From: an uncultured Candidatus Binatia bacterium
GTDB lineage: Bacteria; Desulfobacterota; Binatia; UBA9968; CAXXLF01
DNA: 64,000 nucleotides
Reading direction: 5' to 3'
Assembly (NCBI GenBank): GCA_965218425.1
Contig: OZ244621.1
Location: forward strand, 3,264,001 to 3,328,000
Positions 10,377 to 20,987 of the stretch are shown piece by piece. Position numbers and translations under genes: made by a program. The notes beneath the pieces were generated by a model that did no database searches, had not been told where the DNA came from, and saw only the letters and a program-made list of their open reading frames with translations. Position 1 is the first letter of the stretch, and each line of letters starts with the position of its first letter.

Positions 10377-11249
10377 TTACCCCGTTTTAATAAAGTTTGT
10401 TAAGACCGTGTTGAAATCCTCAGGATGCTCTCGAAAACTGTGGTGGCCGGCCCGGCTAAATATATGCATTTGCGCACGGGTTGAGTGCGCGCTAATCAAT
10501 CTGAAGAGGTTGAGCCCAGAATCGAGAGGAGCAGACGGGTCGTTAAGTCCCCAGATGACAAGGGTAGGGACCCGAAGCCGTCCTTCCCGTATCCAACCCA
10601 AAGTCTCCGCCTTGGCCAGCTCGAAATCAGCGAGGAAAGACGCTCTCAGTTGTCTTATTTTTTCTTTTATCTCGGAGAACTTCGGCAATCGCGCCATCTC
10701 CTCCATATTATCGAGCCACTCCTTGGTTATATGCGAGGGCGAAAATGCATGGGCGGCATATATAAATCGGATATGTTCCCTTGTACCCACAGGGGCGGAG
10801 TTTTTTTCAGCAAGGTCTCTGTTAAAGGAACTTTTCAGCGCGTCGTTTGGCGCCATTGATCCGCTGTCAACAATTACGAGGTTCCTGGCCATCTCAGGAT
10901 GTTCCAAGGCGAGGCGCGTGACAAGGTAGCCCCCTCGGGATTGACCGACTAGGTTCGCCTGATCTAGCCCTAGGGTTTGCATGAAGTCATAAGCATGATT
11001 TACTACGGCGCCGATAGTGTAATCGCTATTAGTTTTAGGATTGTCGGTGTAGCCCATTCCTAGTTTATCCACGGCGAAGACGTGGAAAAATTTCGCCAAA
11101 CCCTCGATGTTGAGGCCCCAGGCCTCGGCGTTCATCATGTTCGCGCTTCCAAATTCTGCTCCGTGAAATAAGACCACGGGTTCACCTGATCCTGCTTCGA
11201 TAAAGCGAGTATTGACGCCCTTTACATTCGCAAATCTGATATTTCTCAT
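10377..11249 (-). CDS. Alpha/beta hydrolase, meta-cleavage-product hydrolase-like
   Basis: DKLGMGYTD, GQSRGG, WGLND and AGHH motifs. Confidence 0.85.
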   Translation of the reverse strand: MRNIRFANVKGVNTRFIEAGSGEPVVLFHGAEFGSANMMNAEAWGLNIEGLAKFFHVFAVDKLGMGYTDNPKTNSDYTIGAVVNHAYDFMQTLGLDQANLVGQSRGGYLVTRLALEHPEMARNLVIVDSGSMAPNDALKSSFNRDLAEKNSAPVGTREHIRFIYAAHAFSPSHITKEWLDNMEEMARLPKFSEIKEKIRQLRASFLADFELAKAETLGWIREGRLRVPTLVIWGLNDPSAPLDSGLNLFRLISAHSTRAQMHIFSRAGHHSFREHPEDFNTVLTNFIKTG

Positions 11250-11313
11250 GGTCTCGTACTCCTTGAGAGTTTCAACGCTAACATTGAATCACGCCTGGGC
11301 ACCGTTAACGAAA

Positions 11314-12489
11314 TCAGATCACACCCTTTTTTTTGAAGTCCGCGATTGTCCTCTCTTCATAGCCGAGGGTCTTGAGAATCTCGTCGTTGTGTTCGCCTAA
11401 CTCCGGTGGTGGGGTAGGGTGCGGTATCTTTGTCTCGCTGTAATCCACGGGGAACTTGACGGTGCGAATGTCCGGCTTATCCCGCCTTTCGATTTTGATC
11501 TCCATGCCCATGTGTTTGATCTGAGGGTCCTGGAACACTTCGGTGATGTTGTAGACGGGGGTGCAGGGCACCTCGTTGGCATCGAGTTTTTCCAGCCAGT
11601 AGGAACGTGGCTTTTCCTTGAAATACTGGCGGAAGGTTTTATTCAGTTCCCAGTAGTTCTTCCTGCGGTTGGGCCGCGTGTGGAAGCGCGGGTCGTCGAT
11701 CAGCTCGGGATGCCCCACCGCTTTACACAATCCCTCGAAGAATTTTTGCGGTGAGGACAAGTGGATAGCAAAGGGCAGGCCGTCTGCCGCGGAAAAAGCA
11801 TGGGTCTGGGATGCAACGGGACGGCTGTAGGGACCCGGAGCTGTGCCGGTGGCAAGGGTAGAGGTGGCGGGGCCAATGAGAAACCCAAGGATGGACCCGG
11901 CCATTGTGGCGTCCACCCGCTGGCCCTGGCCGGTTTGTGCTCTCGCCACCAAGGCTCCCAACACTCCCACGCAGGAAAATAAGCCGCTCAGACTGTCGGC
12001 GTAGTTGGGACCAATGGGCCGCGGGTTGTCAGCCTCCATCAAAAGACTCAGCATGCCGCCGAGTCCCTGTCCCACGGTGTCATAGGCGGGTCGATTCTTA
12101 TAGGGACCCGTGGGTCCCGTTCCCGTGATGGAGCAATGGATGATCCTTGGATTCAGCACGCGGAGGGATTCGTAGTCGATTCCCAGCTTCTTCATCACAC
12201 CGGGTCTGAAGTTTTCCAGGACCACGTCGGCGGTTTCAGCCAGCCCTAGAAATATTTTCTTGCCCTGTGGAGTTTGCAGGTTCAAGGTGATGCTTTTCTT
12301 GCCGCGGTTGAAGGCCCAGAAATTGGGTTGGTCCCCCCCCAAGTCCCAGCCGCGGAACGGGTCGCCGCCTTTAGGATTTTCCACCTTGATCACTTGGGCT
12401 CCCATGTCCGCAAGCAAACAGGCCCCATAGGGGCCGGAAATAAAATTACCAAGCTCCAGAACCTTGACTCCCTCTAAAGCGCCTTTCAT
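11314..12489 (-). CDS. Family III CoA transferase (CaiB/BaiF)
   Basis: LADMGAQVIKVE, NRGKKS, ENFRPG, AYD motif, PPPELGEH. Confidence 0.93.
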   Translation of the reverse strand: MKGALEGVKVLELGNFISGPYGACLLADMGAQVIKVENPKGGDPFRGWDLGGDQPNFWAFNRGKKSITLNLQTPQGKKIFLGLAETADVVLENFRPGVMKKLGIDYESLRVLNPRIIHCSITGTGPTGPYKNRPAYDTVGQGLGGMLSLLMEADNPRPIGPNYADSLSGLFSCVGVLGALVARAQTGQGQRVDATMAGSILGFLIGPATSTLATGTAPGPYSRPVASQTHAFSAADGLPFAIHLSSPQKFFEGLCKAVGHPELIDDPRFHTRPNRRKNYWELNKTFRQYFKEKPRSYWLEKLDANEVPCTPVYNITEVFQDPQIKHMGMEIKIERRDKPDIRTVKFPVDYSETKIPHPTPPPELGEHNDEILKTLGYEERTIADFKKKGVI

Positions 12490-12531
12490 GGGTCACTCCT
12501 TCCCAGAGGATTCATGGTGTTCAATTCAGCT

Positions 12532-13080
12532 CTAGCGAAATTTGGCAGGATACTTGGCTTCGCTTGGAAACCATCCGCCGAGCCGGTGATAAGCCTTCAA
12601 GTAACTGATCTGTCCTTGATTGGTCATGGCGTTTTCCAACACGCTGATGAGGCGGATGGCTACGGTGGGGTGCGGTTGATATTGAGGCTCCTCCAGTTGC
12701 CGTGTTAACTCCTCTTCGGTTGCCGTGGTGAGATACGCATTCATTCGCCCGTAAGTGGCATCGTGATACGCCAGTATCGATTCCGCTGAGGCGCGAAAGG
12801 CTCGCACCTGCTCGCGGGTGTGAGTCACCGATCGCCCGAAATCCGCGGGATCGGGTGGCATGCCGAATCGAGCGGCCCAACCATCTCCGATCCAAAGCTG
12901 CTCCTGGCCCGAAAGCCGCGATACGTTGTTGTCCATGACCCGGGTGAGGCGCCAGGCAAGCCATCCCATGGGCGGATGGGGCTCCCGGGTAAGCTCCTCC
13001 TCGGTGAGTTCAGGCAGAGTCTGGTGCAAGGACTCTTTTACTCGCGTGAAACCGTCCAGTAAAACGTCAGCCGCTAACAT
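12532..13080 (-). CDS. DinB-family protein (atypical)
   Basis: MGWLAWRLTR...QGQISYL pattern of the DinB/DUF664 four-helix bundle. Confidence 0.7.
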   Translation of the reverse strand: MLAADVLLDGFTRVKESLHQTLPELTEEELTREPHPPMGWLAWRLTRVMDNNVSRLSGQEQLWIGDGWAARFGMPPDPADFGRSVTHTREQVRAFRASAESILAYHDATYGRMNAYLTTATEEELTRQLEEPQYQPHPTVAIRLISVLENAMTNQGQISYLKAYHRLGGWFPSEAKYPAKFR

Positions 13081-13352
13081 TGTAGACCACCTTTCTTCGG
13101 GACTGTGTTGTCGATTCCCGCGCGATCCAGTTCTTTACCGACTCCAGAGCGAACCAATGGCTGTCGGTTTGGGCCGGATTTTAGCGCGACTCCTAGACCT
13201 TAACAAGGGTTGATTGAGGCCCGGCGGCGCAGATCACAATGCCAGCTTCGTGTGACGAGGTTAGCGATGCGTAATAATTTGGAAACGAAGGGGTGGAGGG
13301 CGTCCAGCGGTAGCGAGGCCGATTCAGGCGGTCGGTCTGTTTGCGTTGTAGG

Positions 13353-14069
13353 TCACCGACGAGTCCACTTCCCTGCAAAGACGTCCAGCAAGAAAGTGAT
13401 GAACATTGCCCATGCCGCCTCGGCCGATTCGTGGTGATAGGTGTGTGACTTGAGGTTGAGCCAGGCATGATCCGTGTCACGAAAAATTCGTATCTGATAG
13501 CCTTGCCGTGTTGCTCCATCTCGTTCCTGAAGCGACGGACATTTTCCAGGGGGCACCCGCGGGTCCCGCTCCCCAAAGGCCCCAAGCACAGGACAGGACA
13601 ACTTAGGAATAAAATTGCCGATGGGCTCCTGCCCCGCAAAGGAGCCGTCAAAGTCACGCGTATAGACCCCGCCATGAAACATCGCCACGGCTTTTGCGTC
13701 GCGTGCCGCGGCGTAGGGTGCAATGCGCCCGCTCATGCAGAACCCCGCCCCGCTCGCCGTCCACGTAGGGAAGGGTTCTCAGGTATGTAATGGTTTGTCC
13801 AGTTCAGCCAGGTACTCCGCGTCGCCATAATCGATGCGTGATTCCTGGGCTTCGATGAGCCTACGATCCCCTGTGAATCGATGGTAAAGGTCCGGGACGC
13901 ATCCCACGAAGCCGTCGCGCGCGAGCCTTTCCACTCTGTCCCAGTTGCCATCCACATCGATAGGCCCCCGTCGTCCATGCATAATAATGACGGCCGGCCG
14001 TTTCATAGCCGAGTCGGGACGCGCGCACCAGATCTTCATGCCGCTAGCGAGGGTTAGTTCATTAAGCAT
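13353..14069 (-). pseudogene. Dienelactone hydrolase family pseudogene
   Basis: VPDLYHR, GFCMSGR, FGERD and DHAW motifs are spread over alternating frames (about four frameshifts). Confidence 0.8.
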
Positions 14070-14114
14070 CCGGACCTCCTTGCGACGTTGTTGGTCATAA
14101 TGGCCCCAGATGCT

Positions 14115-14942
14115 TTACTCTACGTCTTGTCCCCGATCATTATCGGGGTGGTTGATAGTGCCATTTTTCCAGTAACCGTGGGTGAGGGCATGGGCTCGAT
14201 CCACCCCCTGATCGCTCAATAAGTGGCGACGGATAATGCGCATTACGCCGGCTTCACAGCCTAACCAAACCCTGCCGTTGCCCTCTGGGAACGGGAAGTT
14301 GTATACGGACTCTGCCAATTTGCGTCCCACCTGTCCGGCCGCCCGGCCGTGGTGCAACCAGGTAATTTGAAACCGGGCCGGTGACTCCATGTCTAGCTCC
14401 TCGTCCTCGTCTCCCACCTCGACGAAGACATGGGCAATGCAGGATGTCGGCAGTGCCTCGAGCAGCGTTCCCACGGCGGGCAGTGCCGAATCGTCGGCCG
14501 CTATCAAGTACCAGTCAGCTTCGGTATCAATTTTGTAAGCGCCCCCCGCTTGCCCCGACACAGCTACCACCTGGCCCGGTTTGGCCTGTTGCGCCCAGGT
14601 GGAGCCAGGCCCTTCACCATGGAGCAGGAAGTCGACGGTCAGTTCCCTCGCCTTTGGATCCCATCGTCGCGGGGTGTAGGTGCGATTCAAAGGTCGTTGT
14701 TGACCTTCCTGGAGGATCGGACCATCGGGCCCCCATTCAGGAAGCAATACATTTGATTCACCTGCGGGCGGCAGGAATACCTTCAGATGTTGCGCGGGAC
14801 CGTTGGTCGTCATTCCATCCAGTTCCTCCCCGGCAACAACGACGCGGATCATATGTGGAGTGAGGCGCTCAACCCGGACGACTTGAACCTGACGCGGCTT
14901 TGGGCGCACACGGCGAGGTTTCTGAGGGTGGGATGAATTCAT
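14115..14942 (-). CDS. Siderophore-interacting protein (ViuB-like FAD-binding reductase)
   Basis: RTYTPR, VDFLLHG.GPGSTWA, DDSALPA, GYWK. Confidence 0.9.
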   Translation of the reverse strand: MNSSHPQKPRRVRPKPRQVQVVRVERLTPHMIRVVVAGEELDGMTTNGPAQHLKVFLPPAGESNVLLPEWGPDGPILQEGQQRPLNRTYTPRRWDPKARELTVDFLLHGEGPGSTWAQQAKPGQVVAVSGQAGGAYKIDTEADWYLIAADDSALPAVGTLLEALPTSCIAHVFVEVGDEDEELDMESPARFQITWLHHGRAAGQVGRKLAESVYNFPFPEGNGRVWLGCEAGVMRIIRRHLLSDQGVDRAHALTHGYWKNGTINHPDNDRGQDVE

Positions 14943-15026
14943 TTAGGCTCCTTAAATCGTTGGATCACGGCAATGGAAATGATTATCGAACCGGAACTAA
15001 TTGTATTCTGTGGGTACCACCGCCGG

Positions 15027-16169
15027 TTATTCGTATCGCATGTTGGACGTCACGCCGCGCTTTCGGCATTCTTCCTCGAACAGCGCCCGGACTTCCGGCT
15101 GCTCGTTCTTGAACTCGATCTGAATGCTGGGCGATTCCTGCCGGCTCTTGCCCTGCGGTCTTTGCCCTTCCCGAAGGCCGAATAGAGGGTTGCCATAGCG
15201 GAGCACCAGGTAGCGTGCGGCTTCACCGCTGGGATTGAAGTGCTGATGGCCTGCGTGGCCGTTTGTCATTAGTGAATGCTTCTTGAAGTTGAACTGTTTG
15301 AACTCGACTCCTGGTCCCGGCATGACTCCCGAAGCCCACTGCAGGTCGTAGCCGTCGCCGCTGAGGAAGAGGTAGCTGTTCTCGTTGATGAGCCCGGTCC
15401 TGCTGGGCCCGCCGGTGGCCGCCCCACCGGCACCAAAGCCGTGCGCCTTCTTGTACGACGCCGGGGGGAATTCGGATACGTGGCAGACGAACCTCCCGCC
15501 GGCCATCAGGACATGCGTGTTGGTGCCCGGACCGCGGTAGCTATAACCGTCGAGCGATAGCCGCGTAACGCTGGGGACGAAGTTCGACCGCAGGAGCCGG
15601 TCCTCCAGCTTTGTGGCCTCGCGGCTGAAATACTCCTCGTCGTTGGGATCGAATCGATCGTTGAAGGTGTTGGCGCAGTTGAAGACGAACTCGGGGCTGC
15701 CGTAAAGGTTGAATGGGGTTGGCATGTTGGTGGCGGCGTAAAGCCTCACGCTCTCCGAACCGCTCCCATTGTGGATTTCGTGCCACGTGTTCAGGGGTAT
15801 GGCAAAGACGGCATCTTCCTCCCATTCGAAGGTTAGTTTAGGGGAGCCCTCGTTCCACACCTCGGTGGCGCCCCGTCCCTTCAAAACATAAAAGATCTCT
15901 TCGTACATGTGCTTTTCCGGCTTGAAAGTGCCCCCCGGAGGTATTTCCACGAGATAGCGGGTAGTGCCCTGGTTGTTGATCATGACCTTGTCCGAAGGGT
16001 CCTGGGTCATATCCAGCAGTGCCCCGAGGCAGCCCGTTTGCTTCCATGGTTCCAGCTCAACGGCCAGGACGTCGGGAACCGTGTGAGTCGTGATGACTTT
16101 CAATCCTTCGGCCTGAACCCACTGCTCGAAAGGGGTCAGTCTTACATGAGAAAAACGCGAATAGTCCAT
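15027..16169 (-). CDS. Bicupin-domain protein (gentisate dioxygenase-like superfamily)
   Basis: HMYEEIFYVLKGRG and IPLNTWHEIHN cupin motifs; second cupin with KKAH and HQHFN. Confidence 0.75.
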   Translation of the reverse strand: MDYSRFSHVRLTPFEQWVQAEGLKVITTHTVPDVLAVELEPWKQTGCLGALLDMTQDPSDKVMINNQGTTRYLVEIPPGGTFKPEKHMYEEIFYVLKGRGATEVWNEGSPKLTFEWEEDAVFAIPLNTWHEIHNGSGSESVRLYAATNMPTPFNLYGSPEFVFNCANTFNDRFDPNDEEYFSREATKLEDRLLRSNFVPSVTRLSLDGYSYRGPGTNTHVLMAGGRFVCHVSEFPPASYKKAHGFGAGGAATGGPSRTGLINENSYLFLSGDGYDLQWASGVMPGPGVEFKQFNFKKHSLMTNGHAGHQHFNPSGEAARYLVLRYGNPLFGLREGQRPQGKSRQESPSIQIEFKNEQPEVRALFEEECRKRGVTSNMRYE

Positions 16170-16419
16170 GCTTCTTCCACTCCAGTGATAGAAATTTCCC
16201 TTAGATGTCCACCGTTCACACGTGATAACTCAACTGATGGACAATATCCGATAAGGCCTTGTCCTGTCAAACTTGGGGCGGCGATTCTCCTTTTATACGG
16301 TTATACGGCCACAAACGAACTTGACCCGTTCCAAATCGTGTGCTTTGAAATGAAAACGAACAGGATAGTCATTTGATGATTCGCTGACACGAGATTCGTT
16401 CCATGAAATGAGGTGTGAG

Positions 16420-17502
16420 ATGAACGAAGATCAGTATGTCTACTTCATCGACAACAAAGTCCAGCACCAGGTGCTGGACGCTGAGGCCTGCATAGAGGCA
16501 ATCGAGAACGGGTACCGCGCCTGGGGCAGGGGGCGCGCGGCCATAAACCCCAAGACGGAGCTTCACGTCTACAGGGAGGGTGGCTACTACAATTTCGGTC
16601 TGATCCACGGCGCGGTGGAATCCATGGGCGTAGCTGCCCTGCGCATCAAGTCGGACAATTTCACTCAAACCGGGCCCACCTCCTATGGCGACAAGCATGC
16701 CGGCATTGAGGGGCGCTTCTGCGGGCTGGTGTTGCTGTTCAACACCACCAACGGTCTACCATTGGCCATCCTCAACGACGGTCATATCCAGCACATGCGG
16801 GTTGCCGCGGCCGCCGCCGTGGCGGCCAAGTACCTGGCGCGGGAGGACTCGGAAACCCTCTGTATCCTTGGCTCGGGCGGTATGGCTCACGCCCATGCGG
16901 AATCCCTTTGCGCGGTACGGCCCGTCAAGACCATCCAGGTGTACAGCCCAAACCAAAAGCACCGCGAAACCTTCGCACGTGAGATCGGAGAACGGCTCAA
17001 AGTTGAGGCTCGGGCTCACGTTCGTCCGGAGGATACTATCAAAGGCAGCGATATCGTCGCATGCTGCACGAATTCGAACCGCAAGGAGGTCATTTTAAGT
17101 GAATGGTTGGAGCCTGGCATGCACGTCACGACGGTGCTGGGTGCGGAGCTGGGGCGAGCTGCGGCGCAGCGAATCGACCACGCGGTGAAAAATCAACCGG
17201 TGCGCGACTTGCAGAACCACTTTTCCGTGGCGGGAAGGCCACCGCAAGGTGTGGTGCCGAGGCCCCAGGGCTGGAAGCCGCCTGCGGTGGCCCCCGGGAT
17301 GCCACTCCTGTCCGACGTTATCCTTGGCAATGCTCCCGGCCGTACTTCCAGCCGCCAGATCACCTATTTCAGCAACAACGAGGGGACCGGCATTCAGTTC
17401 GCCTCTGCGGGCGCAAAGGTGCTGGAACGGCTCGCGCAACAGGGCTTTGCCGGTGTGGCCAAGGTTCCCCTCGCCTGGTTTGTTCAGGATATAAGGGACT
17501 AA
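16420..17502 (+). CDS. Ornithine cyclodeaminase/mu-crystallin family protein (paralogue of 5955-7073)
   Basis: NDGHIQHMRV, GSGGMA, PGMHV; shares the C-terminus WFxQDIRD; RBS GAGGTG before ATG 16420. Confidence 0.9.
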   Translation: MNEDQYVYFIDNKVQHQVLDAEACIEAIENGYRAWGRGRAAINPKTELHVYREGGYYNFGLIHGAVESMGVAALRIKSDNFTQTGPTSYGDKHAGIEGRFCGLVLLFNTTNGLPLAILNDGHIQHMRVAAAAAVAAKYLAREDSETLCILGSGGMAHAHAESLCAVRPVKTIQVYSPNQKHRETFAREIGERLKVEARAHVRPEDTIKGSDIVACCTNSNRKEVILSEWLEPGMHVTTVLGAELGRAAAQRIDHAVKNQPVRDLQNHFSVAGRPPQGVVPRPQGWKPPAVAPGMPLLSDVILGNAPGRTSSRQITYFSNNEGTGIQFASAGAKVLERLAQQGFAGVAKVPLAWFVQDIRD

Positions 17503-17729
17503 CAGCTGAAGCGCGGTCTAGCCGCGCGAAACCGCCTGTAATTATAACGTCCAAATAGAACGGACGGGTTGGCAACAATGATCCGCTGGAGTCATTTTCG
17601 GCGCAGCAAGGTTGCGTTTTGTCGGAGGAAATAAGATGCTTGACTCCCTTAGCCCATGTGCTAAAGAGTCTTTCTTTCAGATCTAGAGACCAGCGATGGT
17701 CAATATCCAGTACGAGGAGGGTACGTGCA

Positions 17730-18941
17730 ATGTTTGGAGTACTTCGTTCCTTCGAGTGGGTGCAACTCAGGGATAAATTTTCACCAGTGAGTCTGCTGGC
17801 GATTCTGTTGACGGCGCTGTTGATTCCTACAATGGTGGCCCCGGCCGGCGCCGACAAGTGGGATGAGACACTCGCGAAGGCCAAAAAGGAAGGAAAACTG
17901 GTCGCGGCCCTGGGCGGCTCGGCGTCCCGTAACTACCGGCCAATCTTCAAGATATTTGAAAAGAAGTTCGGCATCGAGGCCGTGGTTTCCACTGGCGGCG
18001 GGGGCTTGCAGGCGGACCGGCTCCTGGCGGAGCGTCGAGCCGGCAGGTACGCGGTGGACATTTTCATGGTGGGCCCCACCATCGGAAATAGCCGGATCAT
18101 CGCCAACAACGCAGCCGATCCCATCAAAGATCTCTTGTTTCTCCCTGACGTCGTGGACCAGTCCCTGTGGTACAGGGGTAGGCACCAATACAGCGACCCA
18201 CAGCAGAAATACATCTTCGCCGTCTCGGGTAACGCCGAATTTGCCCCCATCGGCATGCGCTTCAATACCAACAAACTATCCATCAAGGACGCCAAAAAGA
18301 TCAAATCTTCGTGGGAGTTCCTGGACAAGCGTTTCGCCGGTAAGGTGGTCGCCCTTCCGCCCACTTCTGCGGGTGCCCTCGGTACCTACGTCACCGTCCA
18401 GTTCCATCCGGATTTTGGGGAAAAGTTTCTGCGGCGCTTCTTTGACCCAGAGGTGAACGTCCAGTTCACCCACGATTTTCGACAGCTTGCCGACGGGGTT
18501 GCCAAGGGAAAATATACTATGGCGATCTTCGCAGGCTCGGCCGGACGCGATATCGACAGGCTCGGAAGGCGGGGATTGCCCGTGGCCAACTACGGCCGGC
18601 TGCTTAAAAAGCCGATTAAAGAACGCCCCCTCCTCCAGGGGAGCGGGTCCAGCAATAATCTTATGGTGATCAACCGGCGGCCCAACCCGCACGCCACAAC
18701 GCTATTTGTCAACTGGTTTCTCTCCAAGGAGGGCCAAACCGTTATGCAAACAAAGAGCGCGCGCACTCCTGACCAGTCGTTCCGGGAGGACAATACGGAA
18801 ATGGGCAAGGTAAACCCGGCCGAAGTTCGCAGGCCGGACGTTGATTACATGACCTTCTCCCATAATCCTGAGGTGTTGCAAAAGCAGAGTTGGGCGTTGA
18901 AGAACGCGGCGAAGCTTTACCGGCAAATCCGGGGGAAATAG
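17730..18941 (+). CDS. Extracellular solute-binding protein (Fe3+/thiamine-type ABC SBP family), copy 1
   Basis: Signal peptide, AKAKKEGKL, PNPHATTLFVNWFLSKEGQ; RBS GAGGAGG before ATG 17730. Confidence 0.85.
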   Translation: MFGVLRSFEWVQLRDKFSPVSLLAILLTALLIPTMVAPAGADKWDETLAKAKKEGKLVAALGGSASRNYRPIFKIFEKKFGIEAVVSTGGGGLQADRLLAERRAGRYAVDIFMVGPTIGNSRIIANNAADPIKDLLFLPDVVDQSLWYRGRHQYSDPQQKYIFAVSGNAEFAPIGMRFNTNKLSIKDAKKIKSSWEFLDKRFAGKVVALPPTSAGALGTYVTVQFHPDFGEKFLRRFFDPEVNVQFTHDFRQLADGVAKGKYTMAIFAGSAGRDIDRLGRRGLPVANYGRLLKKPIKERPLLQGSGSSNNLMVINRRPNPHATTLFVNWFLSKEGQTVMQTKSARTPDQSFREDNTEMGKVNPAEVRRPDVDYMTFSHNPEVLQKQSWALKNAAKLYRQIRGK

Positions 18942-19103
18942 AGTCCTTCGCGGGAAGGTTAGCGAATCCGAGGCACAAAAACACGCCGCCCGACTGAGAG
19001 TAGAACTATTCCATCATCAGGCCGCGTGTTAGATCCCTGTTGCCCATGGAAACTTATTCCATAGCCTGTCAACCGCCCGACCCTAAAAGGAGATTTGTCA
19101 CCC

Positions 19104-19567
19104 CTGGATACGCAGGCAATCTTTGGACTACAGTTTTTGCTGAGTCTCATTGTTTAGGGCGTAATCGCGAAGTGCCTGTTGTCTCCCGGTTAGGGGCAAA
19201 ACCCACACACGAAGCTCTTTTTTGATTAGTCCTGCCCCATGCCTTTCGCCACATCGGCATGGTCTTCCTTGTCCCTAACGTCCTGGCGCGTCCGCGCTAC
19301 CGGATGTCTTTGCCGTACCGGCTGTCTATGGAGACCTGGCCAGCGGTATTGCTAGCACTGCTCGCCCTTAGAACCGGGACGGCTGGTGCATTGGTGCTGG
19401 TGTGGATCTTCAATCTAGTGGGTACAGCGGACCTCCTCAATGCGCTACGTCGTGTGGATGTGGCTCAGAGTTTTGGGGCGGCCTGGTATATTCCGACGTT
19501 CCTTGTGCCGTTACTGCTTGTGGCTCACTTCATGATATTTGTCCGGCTGCTAAAACGCGGCGGATAA
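19104..19567 (+). pseudogene. Degraded small membrane-protein gene
   Basis: After RBS AAAGGAG: CTG-DTQAIFGLQFLLSLIV, TAG (19155), frameshift, HEALF, TGA (19223), LVLPHAFRHIGMVFLVP... then hydrophobic helices to 19567. Confidence 0.65.
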
Positions 19568-19581
19568 AACTGATTAACGAC

Positions 19582-20238
19582 TCACCTCCTGCAACACTCC
19601 TTTTCGCGAATACAGCGACAGCATAGAATCGCAATATTAGCGCCAATAAGCGGAGCCAGGACATAGATCCATACTAGTGTGATATTGCCGCTGACGATCG
19701 CGGGAGCCAAAGAACGAGCAGGATTCATGGACGCCCCGGAAACAGGTCCGGCGAAGAGGGCCTCCAGCCCAACCACGGCTCCTATGGCCACTCCGGCTAC
19801 AATTCCCTTTTCCTTGGCACCGGTAGCTACATTGATAATGGTGAGCATTAGAATAAAGGTTAAAATAATCTCCAAGACAAAGGACTGTGTCCATGAGCCC
19901 GACGGTAGCGTGGCACCGAGAGTTTGGTGGTCTGAAAATAACAGATAAACCATTAAACTTGCGGTAACGGCTCCTAATATTTGGCTCATTATGTAAAAAG
20001 ATGAATCCCTTCCGGAAATACGACCGGCTTGCCAGAATGCGACGGTGACCGCTGGGTTGATGTGCGCACCTGAAATATCCCCGACGGTGTAAATCATGGC
20101 AGCCACCACAAGGCCGAAAACCATTGCAATGCCAACATGAGTGATCACTCCGCCGCTAGTGTCGTTAATCACGATTGCAGAGGTGCCTGCAAAGACCAGG
20201 ACAAACGTGCCGATGAATTCTGCAAAAGGTTTTTTCAC
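19582..20238 (-). CDS. MIP family aquaporin/aquaglyceroporin with Cys-rich C-terminus
   Basis: AEFIGTF, SGAHINPAVT and ASMNPARS (two NPA boxes); GTG start. Confidence 0.93.
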   Translation of the reverse strand: MKKPFAEFIGTFVLVFAGTSAIVINDTSGGVITHVGIAMVFGLVVAAMIYTVGDISGAHINPAVTVAFWQAGRISGRDSSFYIMSQILGAVTASLMVYLLFSDHQTLGATLPSGSWTQSFVLEIILTFILMLTIINVATGAKEKGIVAGVAIGAVVGLEALFAGPVSGASMNPARSLAPAIVSGNITLVWIYVLAPLIGANIAILCCRCIREKECCRR

Positions 20239-20306
20239 AATCTATTCCTTATGGTCTCTTAATTATTTTACTCAAGACACATCGCGCCAAAAATCATCGG
20301 TGCTGA

Positions 20307-20543
20307 TTAGGTTTTCTTCTTTATCCCACCTTCTGTGAGCACACCGTACCCGGATTTGAATTTTTGGAAGATTCTTTCAACTTCTTTTAGTTTTGTAATG
20401 CCTTCAAGGTTCTCCAACAAGATTGTCAGCAAGTAATTATTGCCGTATCCATGCTTCTTTTTCAATGCCCTGAGATTACTGTAGGTTTTATTGGACAATG
20501 CCACGTTAAAACGTTTTAGCAAAGGGTATCGTTTTGCACTCAT
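20307..20543 (-). CDS. Small basic hypothetical protein, possibly ribbon-helix-helix DNA-binding
   Basis: 78 aa; KRFNVALS strand followed by two predicted helices. Confidence 0.45.
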   Translation of the reverse strand: MSAKRYPLLKRFNVALSNKTYSNLRALKKKHGYGNNYLLTILLENLEGITKLKEVERIFQKFKSGYGVLTEGGIKKKT

Positions 20544-20987
20544 CTTGATTGATGATTCGTTCCTGTTGTACTTGATAATTGTGGATTCAAATTTACCGCG
20601 AGTTCAATGGCTTAACAAGTGATCAACCCTAATGATGTGACCCCAAGGAAGTCGTAGCACATTGCGCAATGTAATAAGCCTGAATCGGTGCAATTCCTGT
20701 GTTGTTTGTTGTGTCTCGCCCTGAAATCGACTCTCCTTGACAGTCGGTTTCCATATGATATGGGTTTTTTCGAAGAGCTTCCCCCCAGATGTGACGTTGT
20801 AGAAATGAAAGTGAGGCCAAGTAGCGGAACTTAGAGGTTTCTTGGGGGGGAGGATGAGGAAATTCCAGCCAGTGCCCTTTTGCCATGTGTCAATGGGTGT
20901 GCTGGCTTCATTGTTTCTAGCCCCTTACGGGTGACAACCCTAAGAGGTATGGGTGAGCTGATCCAATTCCAGAGGAGGAAAACCAGG

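Noticed and set aside
14115..14942. Siderophore-interacting protein as the missing Rieske oxygenase reductase
   Set aside because: It has typical ViuB motifs, no [2Fe-2S] domain, and lies 8 kb away.
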